From contig OZ218951.1 in assembly GCA_965112735.1 (NCBI GenBank), positions 2,666,001-2,730,000 of the forward strand: 64,000 nucleotides of DNA, read 5' to 3'. Both the position numbers and the translations under genes were made by a program. Below, piece after piece: positions 35,001 to 48,202 of this stretch; the stretch's first letter is position 1; every line of letters starts with the position of its first letter. A model generated the notes under the pieces. That model made no database searches. It was not told where the DNA came from and saw only the letters and a list, made by a program, of their open reading frames with translations. Origin of the DNA: Phaeosaccion multiseriatum (taxonomy: Eukaryota; Protista; Ochrophyta, other classes).

Positions 35001-35366
35001 CCGTCTTCCTACGATTGCTCAATCCTCCTGTCTCTTTTCTCGCCTCAAACCAGTCACCATAATGACACTCCCTGGCCTCTACCTGAGATGCAAGGCCTCC
35101 AAGGTCTTGTCCCACAGATCCTCCAGCGGCCAAGTCTTCGCACCCGCCTTATAGACGTAGTTCTTGTCCCTGTCCTTCAGTCCAGAGCCTGGCGGACGCC
35201 CCCTCCTCGCGCCCACCTTCGCCCCCACCTTTAGAGAAGACCCCCCTCCAATCCTGGCTCCCGAGCTATCGTACTTGCGTGGCCTGCCCCTCTTTCTCGG
35301 TGCGGGAGTCATCTCCCCAGCCGGACAGCCCGACCCCAAAGACCAGGGGCGCGTCGCCTCCGGCAT
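29034..35366 (-). CDS. Large low-complexity chromatin-type protein with two AT-hooks and a Tudor-knot/chromo-barrel-like domain (multi-exon)
   Basis: First exon MPEAT...RKRGRPRK...RRGRPPGS, a long exon 34927-32280, small exons near 32020-31915 and 31665-30880, and a last exon with GEVDVIDVYG...VKVRYPLWGESHDQWVAIDSGRIAP. Exact internal splice sites are not all resolved. Confidence 0.6.
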
Positions 35367-35715
35367 TCTAATGAGGACGCCACACCAAAAAAGGCGAAGA
35401 AGGTGGGCTCAACAAGCTCTTTTGTGCTCTCTTTGGAGAAGGGCCTTTCCATTGAGGGGGAGAAAGGTGGGCTCAGCGCTCAGCAAGTGGAAGCCCCTCT
35501 CCTCCGTTGGGACCTCTGATCGACCTCTCCTCTCTCTTTTCAATGTATCTATGTATCATTATCTCCTATTGTCTCTCTACCGGTCTTGCCATTGAGCCTC
35601 CTGGCCCCTGCCGCCAGTCGCTGTCCCACTCTCTACAATTAGAGACACGACAAGAGAAGAAGGAGAGAAGAGGGAGAGGATCTGGAGAGGGAAAGAAGGC
35701 CTTCGGCGTGCATAG

Positions 35716-35733
35716 TTACGTAACGTTACGTAA
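35716..35733. promoter_or_regulatory. 18-bp palindrome with two TTACGTAA (bZIP-type ACGT-core) sites in divergent promoter
   Basis: ttacgtaacgttacgtaa lies between head-to-head starts at 35366 (-) and 35958 (+). Function is inferred. Confidence 0.35.
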
Positions 35734-35957
35734 ATGTCTATAAGCGTAATGTACCCGGCACCAAATATCAAATCTCCAAAAAAAAGAGAGAGATTGAGAG
35801 AGACAAAACAAAACGCTCAGTTGTGTAGTTGTGCTTGTTCTCGTCCTTGCTGTGGACTGTATCGGTGAGTGAATCTCGAAGCCGGTGAACACGGCCCACG
35901 GTCCCCTCGCTTCAAACGGTTGGATTTTCTGTCCGTAATTTTTGGAGACGACAAATA

Positions 35958-38623
35958 ATGGCCTCTTTTGCGGCCTCTGCTGCCGAGGCCTTGACGCCGA
36001 CGAAGCCTGCTGGGGCTGACGTGGACCCTTCGCCGGAAGCCCCTCCTCCGAGCTTGGAGAGGTTGTCTATGGAAATCGACAAACTGAGGAGGGGGCTGTG
36101 TACCACACAACAACCGGGCAAACCTGACACGTGTGTTGGAAGCGCAGAGGCGTCAGAGGCTGCTACTGCTGCTGCTCCTGCTGCTGCTCCTACTTCTACT
36201 CCCTCTTCCTCTGCGAAGAAATCTACCTCGAGGCAGAAGGAGGGCTCGAGAGTCAGGAAGTCCAGTATTGGGGGGAAGGTCCCGTGGAATGGTGATACCG
36301 TGTTGAGCCCGAAGGGTAGCAGAGCAGAGGCTGGTGGTGGTGAGGAGGAGGAAGATGCAAGGACGCTCAAGAATCGCGCCCACATTGATGCGGCGAAGCT
36401 CCGAAAGAGCGAGCTGAAAAAGGCGGCAGAGGATGAGAGAGCGTCCGAGCAAGAAATGCTGGCGCTGTCGAGCAGTGCCATGAAAAAAAGGAAGGAGGTG
36501 GCCAAGGAGGATGCTGCGCTGAAGAGGGAGAGGGCCTCACTCCTAGTCAAGACCAAGAAGATGCAAGCGCAACAGGAGGCACTGGCGCAGACTGAAACGA
36601 TAGAGCAGAACTACAAGGTGTGGAAGGAGGGGCAGGAGGCGCGCAAGGAGAGGGAGGACATCAAGAAGCGAGATCGAAAAGAGGCATTTCAACCAAAGTG
36701 AGTGCTATATCCTTACTCTGGGATAAGTGGCTCGGTTGGTGGGTCTCTCGGTCGCTCGGGCGGTGGGTCTGTGTTTGTGTGTGTGCGTCGGTTCGCAGTC
36801 AGTCAGCATGTATGTATGAAAGCATGTATATGTGTAAGTATGTATGTATGTATGTATGTATGTATATATGTAAGTATGTATGTATGTATGTCTGTATGTA
36901 TGTATGTCTGTGTGTCTGTTTGTAGTCAGTCAATCAGTAGGTCTGTCGATCTACCTGTCTATCTGCATCTGTCTGGTGTATGTCGGTCGGTCGGTCGGTC
37001 GGTCTGTGTGTCTGTTTGTCTGTCTGCGTATCTCTCTCTGTCTGTCGGTCTTCTCTTCCTCTCCTCCTTTGCATCCATCTGCCTGCCTGCCTGCCTGTCT
37101 GTTATCCCTCTCTCTCTGCGCTCTCAAAGGCAGTGCCTTGTCGCCCCTGCCAAGAACGTGATTCCTCTTGCTCGGCTTGGACGGGCTTCACGGGCTGGCT
37201 TGGCTCAACTCCTGTCCTCCCCCCCCCCCTCCTCCCTTCCCCCCTCACTCGCAGACGAGAAGCCGCCATCGACCAACGAAGAGAAAGGCAGAAGGGCGAG
37301 GAGGTGCTCAAAGATGACATGAAGCGCAACAGCGTCATCAGCAAGGAAGAGCAGCAGTTCAGACACATGAAGATGGAGCAGAGGAAGCAAGACAGGAAGG
37401 GTATCGCAGCGATCAAGTGAGTGGCCAGCAGGGCAGACGAGAAGAAGAGTGTTGTATCTCTCTCTCTCTCTCACACACACACACTCTTCCAAGCTCTCTC
37501 ATCTCCTACTCTCTTTTGACGGAAAGGCGCGTCATCCGTTGCCCGTCTTGGTTTTCCTTTGCCACCCCATCAGCATCAGCAGCAGCAGCCCTCTCATTGT
37601 TGCCGAATCAGCTCGATTCGGCTTTCCCTCTCGTCTCGCGCCAACTGCGTCTTGTCATGTGTTGGCTCCGCGCTTGTGCCTTTCTTTTTTTTCTTTCGTC
37701 GTTCTAACACTTTCTCTCTCTCCTTCTGCCCGTCGTCGTACGGCATCGGCTGCCCTGTAAAAATGAAACGCAAACAAACAAGGGTGGAGACTGCACGGGA
37801 AATGCGCAAGGCGAGAACGTCTTTCGAGGCCGATGAGAGAGCTTTGGTCAAGGCCGAGTACGAGCGGGAGACGCGCCACCGCAAGGAGGAAGAAGAGAAG
37901 AAGAGAGCAGCAAAGAAGGCAGAGCTGGAGGTACGAAGGGGACCTGTCACTGCCTGTCTTCCCGTCTGCCGGCCGGTCGGCCTGCCTGTCTGCCTGTCTA
38001 CGTCTACCTCCCTGCCTGCTGGCCCATACACCTCTTGCATGCTGGCCTCTTTCTCAAATCAAGCCATGGCCCATTGCGTGGTGTCGACTTTTCTCTAACG
38101 ACTGAAATGCCGTTCCGCTCACTTCCCCGTCTTCCCCTCCCTCCCTCTCTATTCTCTGTCTCTCTCTCTCCTGAGCAGACTCGGAGGGCCGAAGTCATGG
38201 AAGCCCGAGCCGAAAAGGAACTGGTGAGTTGAGCATCAGCCCCTCCGTCCATTACCATCTGGAACACTTTCCCTTGGGCTGCCTCTTTCTCTCCTTCCTT
38301 CTCGCGCTGCGGATCCAGCTTCATGTCCCCCTCAACCACTCCCTCACTTACTCCACTCCCCTCGCTCACTGGCTTCACCCACCCACCCACATCCGCACAA
38401 CACGTGTGCTACATACACACAACTACACTGTACACGGGTCGGTACACAGGCGAGGAAGCGCGGGATTGAGGAGCAGAAGCAGGCCCTCGAGGAGTCCACC
38501 GCCGAGGCCCTGGCTCGGCAGCAGGACCTTGACCGCAAGATTGTGCAGCGCAAGGCGGAGTGCAGGGCCAAGGCACTGGCCAAGAGGGGCCTCGTGGTGC
38601 AGCAGCAGAAGGCTTACATGTAG
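35958..38623 (+). CDS. Charged coiled-coil protein of unknown function (about 5 exons)
   Basis: ORF 35958-36701 ends at a GTGAGT donor. Further E/K/R-rich exons near 37255-37416, 37760-37930, 38179-38223 and 38450-38623 end in ...QQQKAYM*. Confidence 0.6.
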
Positions 38624-39341
38624 CAAACACATGTAACGGCATGTAGCAACACATGTAACGGTTGTGGGAGGATGTGGGGGTGTGCATGGGTGTAGTTGGA
38701 GGGTAGTGCATGTGTTATGTGAGGGGAAGTTAGAAGGTAGCTGCAAGGGGAACCTTGAATGTTCCTCTCCGGCTCTCCGTCTCCGTCTGTCCGTCCTTTT
38801 GTCTGCCTGTCTGTATGTATGTCTGTCAAGTTTCTGTCTGTGTCTTGTCTTTATTGTGCTGCACCTCCAGTGCGCTCTGTGTTTTGTTGTTCTGTTCCTT
38901 GTCCTTGTGGTTGAGTCGAAGGAAGTGTACGGGGGACGGGCGTGGGTGCGTGTGTGTGTGTGTGTACACGCGCATTCCTAGTACCCCTCTCTCTATCTAT
39001 CTGTGCTTCTCCCAAGCCTTTTTTTTTGTTCTCTTTGTGGCTGCCCTTTGCCGAGAGGCTCGAGCGAGGCCCGAGCGAGAGAGTCTTCGACCTTCTTTCT
39101 CCTGGGGTTTGTTTCCTCTCCCCGCCTTATCGAATCGTACACGTCATGTATTCGATCCTGGACAAGGTTACAGTGTGAGCAAAAAAGAAATCAGGCCGGC
39201 TGGGGGGTTAAAATCAGTAATCCGGCCCGAACTAGAGATGCATGTTGAATTTCGAATGTATTCGTATTCGTTTGACGATAATGCCGTGAATTGCCATCCT
39301 GGCCTTTTCTTTCCCCTCCCGCCCCCCTCAAGCGTTAGACC

Positions 39342-40392
39342 ATGCCTCCCAAGGTATCGAGCGTATCCCTCTCGAGTGGGCTCGTGGGCGTGGCGCTCGC
39401 AGCCGCGGGGACCCCTGTTCTCTTCAACCACAAGCGCGATGAGGGCAAGAAAGGCAGCTATGCTTCCTCTTGGAGCACAACTACAACCCCGCCAGCCGGG
39501 CCATTGGAAGGAGCCTTCTCCCTTCTCCCGCTGTCTCTGCCCGCACCATTTCCCTTCTCCTCTCCCTTTGGCTCCTCTTCTTCTTCTCTCCAAGCGCGAG
39601 AAAGGCGGAACGTGGACGGCGCGTGGCAATCGGCGAACATTCCAGCAGCCACTGTAGCTGCACCCATCAAGTGCCGCGACGGCACTTTCGTGCTACCTTA
39701 TGTGGTGCCCTCGCGGAAAAAGCAGCTCGAGCGGATGAAGAAGGAGAACGCGCGCTTCGATGTGTTGGTCATCGGGGGTGGATGTGTCGGAGCAGGCGTG
39801 GCGTTGGATGCGGCGAAGAGAGGGCTCAGCACTGCCCTCATCGAGGCGGATGACTTTGCAGCGGGTGAGCGGGAGAGAGGGGGGGGGGAGGAGGAGTGAG
39901 AGATAGCGAGAGAGAGTGGATGTCTAGAAAGATCTAGAAAGAGGGGGAGTCTAGTGCCAGTCCGGGTTGAAGGCCTCAGCTTGCTGGTGTTTCCTGCAAG
40001 AGGAAAGAAGATTCCTTGAGAGGGAATCGACGGGGAAGAAATGGGGGGGGGATGCATGGGACATATCGGAGAGGCACGGAGTGATGCGAGTCTTGTTTTT
40101 TTCCAGGCGTGGGGAATGGCCGTTTGCTCACTAGCTCCTTGCTACTTACTTTTACTACAGGCACGTCTGGCCGCTCTACGAAGCTCATCCATGGAGGGAT
40201 TCGGTACCTGGAGACGGCGTTCAAGAAGCTTGACCCGGAGAGGTGAGTCAGCAGAGGAGAAGGTGGAGAGAGGGGAGGAAAGGAACAAAGAATCGACGAT
40301 GCCGATGCTTTGCGCTTGTGCTTCCATCCTATCCCTTCCCCTCTCCTTCCCTCCCCTCCCCTCCTGCCTTACCCCCCTCCCTCCTCCTCCTC

Positions 40393-40437
<45 letters not shown>

Positions 40438-42678
40438 CTGCTTCTGCTGCTGCTATATCACCAACTGCCGATCGTCTGGTGGCCTGACCTGAGCAGCTTC
40501 AACCTGGTGATGGAGGCTCTGGAAGAGAGAGCGCACATGCTGCACGCTGCCCCTTACATGAACAAGCCCCTGCCCATCATGATTCCCATCTACAAGTGGT
40601 GGGAAGTGCCCTACATGTGGGCAGGCACCAAGGTAAGGGTAGGGTTGCGTAGGTTTAGAGTAGAGTAGGGGAGGGGAGGGGAGGGTAGGCTAGGATAGGC
40701 TAGGGTAGGATAGGGTAGCATGGGGCAGGGCAGGGTAGGGTAGGGTAGAGTAGGGTCGGGTAGAGTAGGGGCGGGTAGAGTAGGGGAGCGGAGGGGAGCG
40801 GAGGGGAGCGGAGGGTAGGATAGGAAGGGATAGGACAGGGTAGGATAGGCAGGATTGGGTAGGGTAGGGCATGGTATGGTATGGCATGGTACGGTAGGGT
40901 CCTTTTGGCTTGGACTGGGCTTTCCTGGCCTGCTCCTGGCCCTCGTGGCTGGCTCTGCTCGGCTCTGCTGTCGACCCTCTCTCTCTCTCTCTCGTCTATT
41001 ATCCTCTCTCTTCTCGTCTCCTCACTCTAATTCTCTCCCCGTTTCTTTCCCCTCTCCCCCCTCCCTACCTCCCTACCCACCTAACCTACCCCCCGTACCT
41101 ACGTCCAGGTTTACGACCTTGTGGGCAGATTCAAGACACCCCTCAGCGTGCCCCCCTCCCACTTCATGAGTGCCCAAGAGGCAGAGTTCAACTTCCCCAT
41201 GCTCAAGACTGAGGGTCTCAAGGGGGCCATCATCTATTACGACGGACAAATGAACGACACCAGAATGAATCTCGTGCTCGCCCTCACTGCTACACAGGTC
41301 AGCAGTCAGAAAGGAGGCAGGCACGCAGGCTGGCTGCCTGGTTGGTTGGATGGGTGGAGGGGGGGGAGGGAAAGGGAAAGGGAGAGGGAAGGGAGGGGTC
41401 GGGAAGAAAGAAGGGTGCAGCTGGGGGGAGGAGGCTTTCGGATGAGGGAAGTTTGCTTGCCATCCTCTCTGTCTTCTGATGTGGCGCCCTGACTCCCTGG
41501 GGTTTCTCTGGTGTCCTACTGCTACGTTTCAGCATCCTTCTCATTGCGCGTTTTGTCTCCTCCTCCTCCTCCTCCTCCTCCTCCTCCTCCTCCTCCTCCT
41601 CCTCCTCCTCCTCCTCCTCCTCCTCCCCCTCTCCCTTCTCTTCCTCCTCCTCTCCCTCCTCCTGCTCACATCTTGTGCCCCACCCACAGCACGGCGCAGC
41701 GTGTACTAATCGAGTGCAGGCGGTGGGGCTCCTCAAAGATGACGAAGGTAAGGTCAAGGGCGTACTCACCCACTCACTCACACCTCACTCACCTCTTTCA
41801 CTCACTCACCCACTCACTCACTCACTCACCCACTCACTCACTCACCCACCCACTCACTCACTCACTCACTCGCTCACCCCCCCACCCACCTACCCACGCA
41901 CTCACTCACTCACTCACCCACCCACTCACTCACTCACTCACTCACTCACTCGCTCACCCCCCCACCCACCTACCCACTCACTCACTCACTCACTCACTCA
42001 TTAGGCAAGGTCAGGGGCGCTACAGTCAAGGACACTCTAACAGGCGAGCAGTGGGATGTGGCGGCGGACGTCGTGGTCAATGCCACGGGATGCTTTGCCG
42101 ACAGCGTGCGCAAGATGGATCAGCCCGAGGTGGGTGGGTGGGCAGTAAGTCAATGGGTGTGTGGGTATGGGTGGGTACGAGCTCTGGCCTACTGTAGCTT
42201 CATGGGTTTGGGGGTGGTGTGGACGGCCCCCCAACCACTATAGTCTCTCCCTGCCCTCCCTTTCGCACTCGCACTCGCTCCGCTTCCTCTTCGTTCTCCC
42301 CGTCTATCATCCATGCCTGCGTTCTGCCTGCCTACTTTCCCACCCATCCACTCTGTCATCCTATTTATCTCCCAACCCATCCACTGCCATCCCACACATC
42401 TCCCCACCCTCCACCGCCATCCCAGGTGGAGGAGATCATCACACCCGCTGCTGGCGTTCACGTGATGCTTCCCGACCACTTCAGCCCGGCCTCCATGGGA
42501 CTCATCGTTCCTCACACCACCGACGGGAGGTAATGCAAGGGGAGAGAGAGAGAGACACAGAGAGAGCGAGAGGGAGAGAGAAGGAGAGAGGAAGAGAGAG
42601 ACAAAAGGAGGCGGAGAGAGATGCAGTGACGACACAGCTCCATGGTGAAAGGTTTTGCGTATTGATGTCGTCCGACGC

Positions 42679-42735
<57 letters not shown>

Positions 42736-45346
42736 GTGCCGTGGAATGGTTGCCACGTTGCAATGTCGCCCCTCCAAAGGGTGCTCTTCTTCCTCCCCTG
42801 GGAAGGGGGCACCATCATCGGCACGACGGACAGCGAGAGTGAGATCACCATGCTGCCCAGTCCCACCGCAGAAGAGGTGCACTTTATCATACAAGAGAGG
42901 TGAGTGAGAGAGAGGGTAACGCATTGTTGTGTGTATGTTGTGTCATCTCTCTAGTCTATCCGTCTCTCCATCTTTCTATCCTTCTTTTCATCCATGCATC
43001 CGCCATTTCTATACGTATCTCTGTCCGATTATCTGTCCATCCATCTACATCTCTATCCACCTCAGCAACCGCTTCCTCAAGACGCAAATCAAGGCTTCGG
43101 ACGCCATCGCGGCATGGTCAGGGCTCAGGCCCTTGGTGCGAGACCCCACAAAGATGGCAGTGGAAGGCACCAAGGCCCTCTCCAGGAACCACGTCGTGGA
43201 GGTGAGAAAGGACCTTTCCCTTCGACCTCTCACACTCATTTCTCTCTTTCTCTGCCTCTCCCTCTCTGTCTCTCTTTGTCTCTGTCTGTCTCTCTCTCGC
43301 TCTCTCCATCTCTTGATCTCTGTCTCTCTTCTCTCTCGCTTCTCTCTCTATCCCTCTCTCTCTGTGTGTGTGTCTCTCTCTCTCTCTGTGTGTGTCTCTG
43401 TCTCTCTCTCTCAAGGTGTCTGAGGGCAATCTGGTGACCATCGCTGGTGGCAAGTGGACCACGTACCGAAGGATGGCAGCAGACACCGTGGACGCCGCCC
43501 TCGAGGCCGAACCCAGCCTCAAAGAGGCGAGTGATTCAGTCAGTGATTGAGGCGCTGAGGTAGAGGTAGACACAGAGGGAGGGACGGGAAGTTCGTCCAC
43601 TCTCTCTTCTCACTGCGATGCTACATACCTTCTTACCCGATGCTACATACCTTCCTATCCTTCCTTCTTCGCACCTCTCCTCTTCCCTCTTTTTTCCATT
43701 CCCCACAGAGAGCCACACGTCTGAGCAGCACCACCCAAGACGCGAGTTTGATCGGCGCTGACCGCATGGGCATCGTGTGCGATCAAAAGTTCGACACCAT
43801 CAACGTGACACTCAAGGTGGGGGGGGGGGCAGGGCAACCCAATTAGGCTCTATGAGGCCCAACCTAGTATATCCTCCTCCTCCTCCACCTCCTCCTCCTC
43901 CTCCTCCTCCTCCTCCTCCTCCTCCTCCTCCTCCTCCTCCTCTTCTTCTTCTTTTCTCCTTGTTCTTTCTCTTCTTCCTCCTCCCGCTGCTATATCACCA
44001 ACTGCTGATGTTCACTCGCTCTAATCGTATCCCGGGTCTTCTCCGCCTCGCGGTGGCGTTGCTGTGTGCGCGCTCTCTCTGTCTTTTGATGCCTTTTGCC
44101 TGTGTTGTTGTACCCGAACCCCTTTCCTTGGCCATCCCCAGAGCGAGTACGGCTTCGACAGCAACGTGGCCAGCCACCTCGTGTCCAACTACGGCACAAG
44201 GGCCCTGCAGGTACAGCAATAAGTGCAGCAGTTGGTAATACAGTAGCAGACTGTATCCTTCCTCCTCCCTCCCATCTCATACGGACAATCTCCCGACCCA
44301 CTTCTGTTGTCGCCCGTCCGCCCATCCACCCCCTACCCCCCTTTCTCGGCCTCATTAAGATTGCCGAGATCGTCCGGCACGATTCTCGCTACAGGTACTC
44401 CAACCCGCAGGAGGCCGGGGAGCCGCGGCGCTTAGTGCGAAAATACCCCTTCCTGGAGGCAGAGGTCGTCTTCGCTGTGGAGCAGGTCAGTCAGTCAGTC
44501 AGTCAGTCAGTACTTGGTGTCAGTCAGTACTTGGTGTCATTTTGTCAGTCAATTAAGTCGCAGTACTTGGTGTCAGTCAGTCAGTCAGTCAGTTAGTTGC
44601 AGTACAGTAGGACAGTAGGGTACTCACACAACTCACGCACAGATGCATGAGTGTTCACGCGTACACGTGCGTACAACATGAGACGATCCTCTGTCTCTCT
44701 CTTTCTCTGTCGCTCTCTCTTTTGCTCTTTCTCTCCGCCGCTCTATTCTTTGTCTTGTCGCGCTCTCAATCGCACTCTCTCTCTCCTCCTCTCTCTATCT
44801 TCCTCTCCTCTCTTTATTTGTTTGTGTACTGAACTTCATCTTCTTCCCCACCCCTTTGTGTACTGTGTCTCTCTCTTTGTGTGTGCTGTGTGTGTCAGGA
44901 GTACGCTGTGAAGGCTGTGGACGTGCTCGCACGGAGGATGCGCCTTGCCTTCCTCGACGCGGGGGCCGCCAAGAAGGCCGCCCCTCGGGTCATTAACATA
45001 ATGGCGGGCATGCTCGGTTGGAGCAGAAGCAGGCAGGCAGAGGAGCTCGCAGAGGTGAGGAAGGGGGGCATGAGGGCATGAGGGCATGGCATTGGGTTTT
45101 GGAGGATTCTCTTTCCTCAATCCCCTCGCGGTCTCTCTCCTCTTCTCTTGTCTTCTCACTCCCTTCTCTTTCTGTCTTCCTCACGCTCCCCCCCTCTTTC
45201 CCATGTTCCATGCCTACACTACCGGTGGCGGTTACGGCATCCCATCCCAGGTGGACAAGTTCCTGGAAACAATGTCTCCAAAGACCCCCCCTGCCCCCTC
45301 CACTTCGTCGCTACACCACGCCAACAATGCCTCTGCTGCTGTGTAA
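39342..45346 (+). CDS. GPD2: Mitochondrial FAD-dependent glycerol-3-phosphate dehydrogenase (about 15 exons)
   Basis: FDVLVIGGGCVGAGVALDAAKRG, GTSGRSTKLIHGGIRYLE, YYDGQMNDTRMNL, VVNATGCFAD, RVLFFLPWEG, AWSGLRPLV, TIAGGKWTTYRRMA, YPFLEAEV and DVLARRMRLAFLD. Confidence 0.95.
40633..40900 (+). repeat. Intronic G-rich pentamer-type microsatellite (AGGGT/AGGGC-like)
   Basis: Degenerate repeats in a GPD2 intron. Many other introns similarly hold (CACT)n, (GT)n, (GA)n, (CCT)n or (TATG)n tracts. Confidence 0.8.
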
Positions 45347-45960
45347 GAACTGTATCACCAACTGCTGACAGTCCTGTATCACAAACTGCTACTGCTGCCA
45401 CTGCGGCATGAAGGAGCGAAGGAGGGCACACTGCTTGGGAGGACAGACTGACGGACACTGTACACATTCATATGGGGAGGGAGGGGAGGGGCCCTTTTTT
45501 TTGTCGTCAAGTTTTGGGCATCCGTCGGGGGCCTCGTGCTGCAGGAGGAAGAGGGTGTGAGAGAGAGGGAAAGAGAGAAAGCGAGAGGGAGACAGAGACA
45601 GAGAGAGAGAGAGAGAGAACACGAGGAATGGAGGAGGGCGACAGAGAAGCCTCCTAACCTCTCTCTGTCCCCACTGCGTAACGAACAAACACACACGAAA
45701 ATTGAAAATTCTTTTGTTCTTTTAATACGTTGTAAACTTCCCACAAGGGTGCACGGATCCGATCGACGGCGCTGAATGGCACTGAATGGCACTGAACTCA
45801 ATCCCCCCTCCCAACCTCCCTCCCTTTGCGCCTTGAACGAGCGACCCACTCCAAAGTATGCAAGTGAAGGGGGGCTGAATCATGGGATGGAAGCCATCTC
45901 ATTCTCTCTCCGTCCCTCTCCGTTCTCTCTCCCTACTTACTCACTGCTCCTCACGCCCAT

Positions 45961-47469
45961 TTACTCCTCCTCCTCCCCGTCTCCTTTCTCCGCCTGTGCT
46001 GCCTTGGACGCCTCCTCTTGCTTGGCCGCGGCTCTCCTACTATACCACTGCTCCAGCTGCTTCTTGGTAATCTTCTTGAGCAGTTCCTTGGGGAAAGAGC
46101 GCAGCAACGACCACGCCAGATCCAGCGACTCAAAGATGGTACGGCTCTGATAGGGGCCCTGTGCGATAAACTTGCCCTCGAACTTCTCCACAAAGTTCAA
46201 AAAGAGGTGATCCTCCAGCGACAAGGCCTCCTCTCCCACCACCGCCTTCATGGCCATCACATCCTTGCCTTGGGCATACATGGAGTACAGCTGGTTGGAC
46301 ACGTTCCAGTGGTCGTCTCTCGTGAGCCCTTCCCCAATAGCGCTCTTCATCAGCCGACTGAGACTAGGAAGCACGTTGATGGGCGGGAAGATATCCTTGG
46401 TGTGCAGGGCTCGATCGACATAGATTTGACCCTCGGTAATGTAGCCCGTGAGATCGGGGATCGGGTGGGTGATGTCGTCGTTGGGCATGGTGAGGATGGG
46501 CAGCTGCGTGATGGAGCCGTTGCGACCCTTGACGCGCCCAGCTCGTTCGTAGATGGTGGAGAGATCGGTGTACATGTAACCGGGGTACCCACGTCTACCG
46601 GGCACCTCTTCTCGGGCTGCTGACACCTCACGCAAGGCATCGGCGTAGGAAGACATGTCGGTGAGGATGGTGAGCACGTGAAGGTCCCTCTCGTAGGCCA
46701 GGTACTCGGCCGTGGTGAGGGCCAGGCGGGGCGTGATGATACGCTCGATGGTCGGGTCGTTGGCGAGGTTGAGAAAGAGGGCGGTGCGTTGCATGGCGCC
46801 GGACTCTTCAAAGTCATTTCGGAAGAAGCGCGCCGTCTCCATGTTGACGCCCATGGCCCCAAACACAATGGCAAAGTTGTCCTCGTGGCTGTCGTACACA
46901 TCCTTGAGCTGTACCAGAGAGGCCTGTCGAGCGATTTGCGCAGCGATTTCGTTGTGCGGCAAACCCGCAGCGGAGAAGAGGGGGATCTTTTGCCCTCGCG
47001 CGATGGAGTTCATCACGTCAATACCGGAGATGCCCGTCTGGATCATGGCCTTGGGGTAGTCTCTGCACGAGGGGTTGATGGGTTGCCCCTGAATGTCCAG
47101 GTAGCTCTCGGCCAGCACGGGTGGGCCGCTGTCGATGACCTTGCCCGACCCGTTGAACGACCTCCCCAGCATCTCTTCCGAGATGGCCATCTTGAGCACA
47201 TCCCCCGTGAACTGGATCCTGGTGTTGCGATTGTCAATGCCTGATGTGCCCTCAAACACCTGCACCACCGCTCGGTTGCCGTACACCTCCAGCACCTGTC
47301 CCTGGCGCTTCTCCCCCGTGGAGAGCGTAATGTCTACTATCTCTGCGAACTTGGGCAGCTTCACATTGTCCAGGATGACAAGCGGGCCATTGACCCCGGC
47401 AATGGTCCTGTACTCAAGTCGAGGCTCCACATGATAGTCCCGCACGATGGCTTTGGCTTGCACATCCAT
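45961..47469 (-). CDS. ATP6V1B: V-type H+-ATPase subunit B (single exon)
   Basis: Highly conserved sequence: [78 protein letters not shown] taken at 47469 (MDVQAK). Confidence 0.97.
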   Translation of the reverse strand: MDVQAKAIVRDYHVEPRLEYRTIAGVNGPLVILDNVKLPKFAEIVDITLSTGEKRQGQVLEVYGNRAVVQVFEGTSGIDNRNTRIQFTGDVLKMAISEEMLGRSFNGSGKVIDSGPPVLAESYLDIQGQPINPSCRDYPKAMIQTGISGIDVMNSIARGQKIPLFSAAGLPHNEIAAQIARQASLVQLKDVYDSHEDNFAIVFGAMGVNMETARFFRNDFEESGAMQRTALFLNLANDPTIERIITPRLALTTAEYLAYERDLHVLTILTDMSSYADALREVSAAREEVPGRRGYPGYMYTDLSTIYERAGRVKGRNGSITQLPILTMPNDDITHPIPDLTGYITEGQIYVDRALHTKDIFPPINVLPSLSRLMKSAIGEGLTRDDHWNVSNQLYSMYAQGKDVMAMKAVVGEEALSLEDHLFLNFVEKFEGKFIAQGPYQSRTIFESLDLAWSLLRSFPKELLKKITKKQLEQWYSRRAAAKQEEASKAAQAEKGDGEEEE

Positions 47470-48202
47470 GGTTTCCCCCTCTTCTATTCTCCCTCCTCTC
47501 CCCCCCTTCCTCCGTTCTTCCTGCTTTCTTGGATTCTCTGAGCAGCAAACGCCGGCCTGCAAATTGGGCCAAGTCCTCCCTGTTAAGGCCTCTACTCAGA
47601 ATGTCAGGCAGGAAACTGCAGGGAGAGGCAGGTGGAATAAATAGGGGGGCAAGAGCTCCTTCACATATCGTAAGAGAAGGGCCGTGGTCAGGGTTGAATT
47701 TTAGTTTCTTTTTCCTAGCCTTTACTTTTGCCCCCCCCCCCCAAAGCAAGCGTCGGCGTCTCGGCGTCGACCTTGTTTGGCTTTGCCTAAATGGCGTTGC
47801 CTCCCCTTCGTTGATGATGTCGCATGGTCTGATCTCGTAAGTCACGTAATGACTTCTAACACAATAGTAAGGAGTTTTTTGGGTTGGAGTGGGGGACTGA
47901 AATCTGTGAGAACTGACCTCTTTAGGCTCTGAAAAGTCTTGGGGGGGAGAGGCAGATCAAAATATTGAACAAGCGAACATGAATGATGATTCAAATCATG
48001 CACAAAAGCCATTCCCGCCCGCCCCCCCCCCCCTCTCCCTCCACCCTTTCTTCGCGGGCAGAGCGGCAAAGCACTTGCGTGTGTGCTTGCTTAGAGGTGA
48101 GAGTGAGGAGGAGGGGGAGGAGGAGGAGGAGGAGGAGAAGGCTTACGACTGTCTATTGTAGTTGAAGTGAGTGTAAGACTGCACGACCTCACGTCGGTAG
48201 CG

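Noticed and set aside
40633-40900. TAGGG-rich tract as interstitial telomere
   Set aside because: Degenerate mixed pentamers inside an intron, not a regular TTAGGG or TTTAGGG array.
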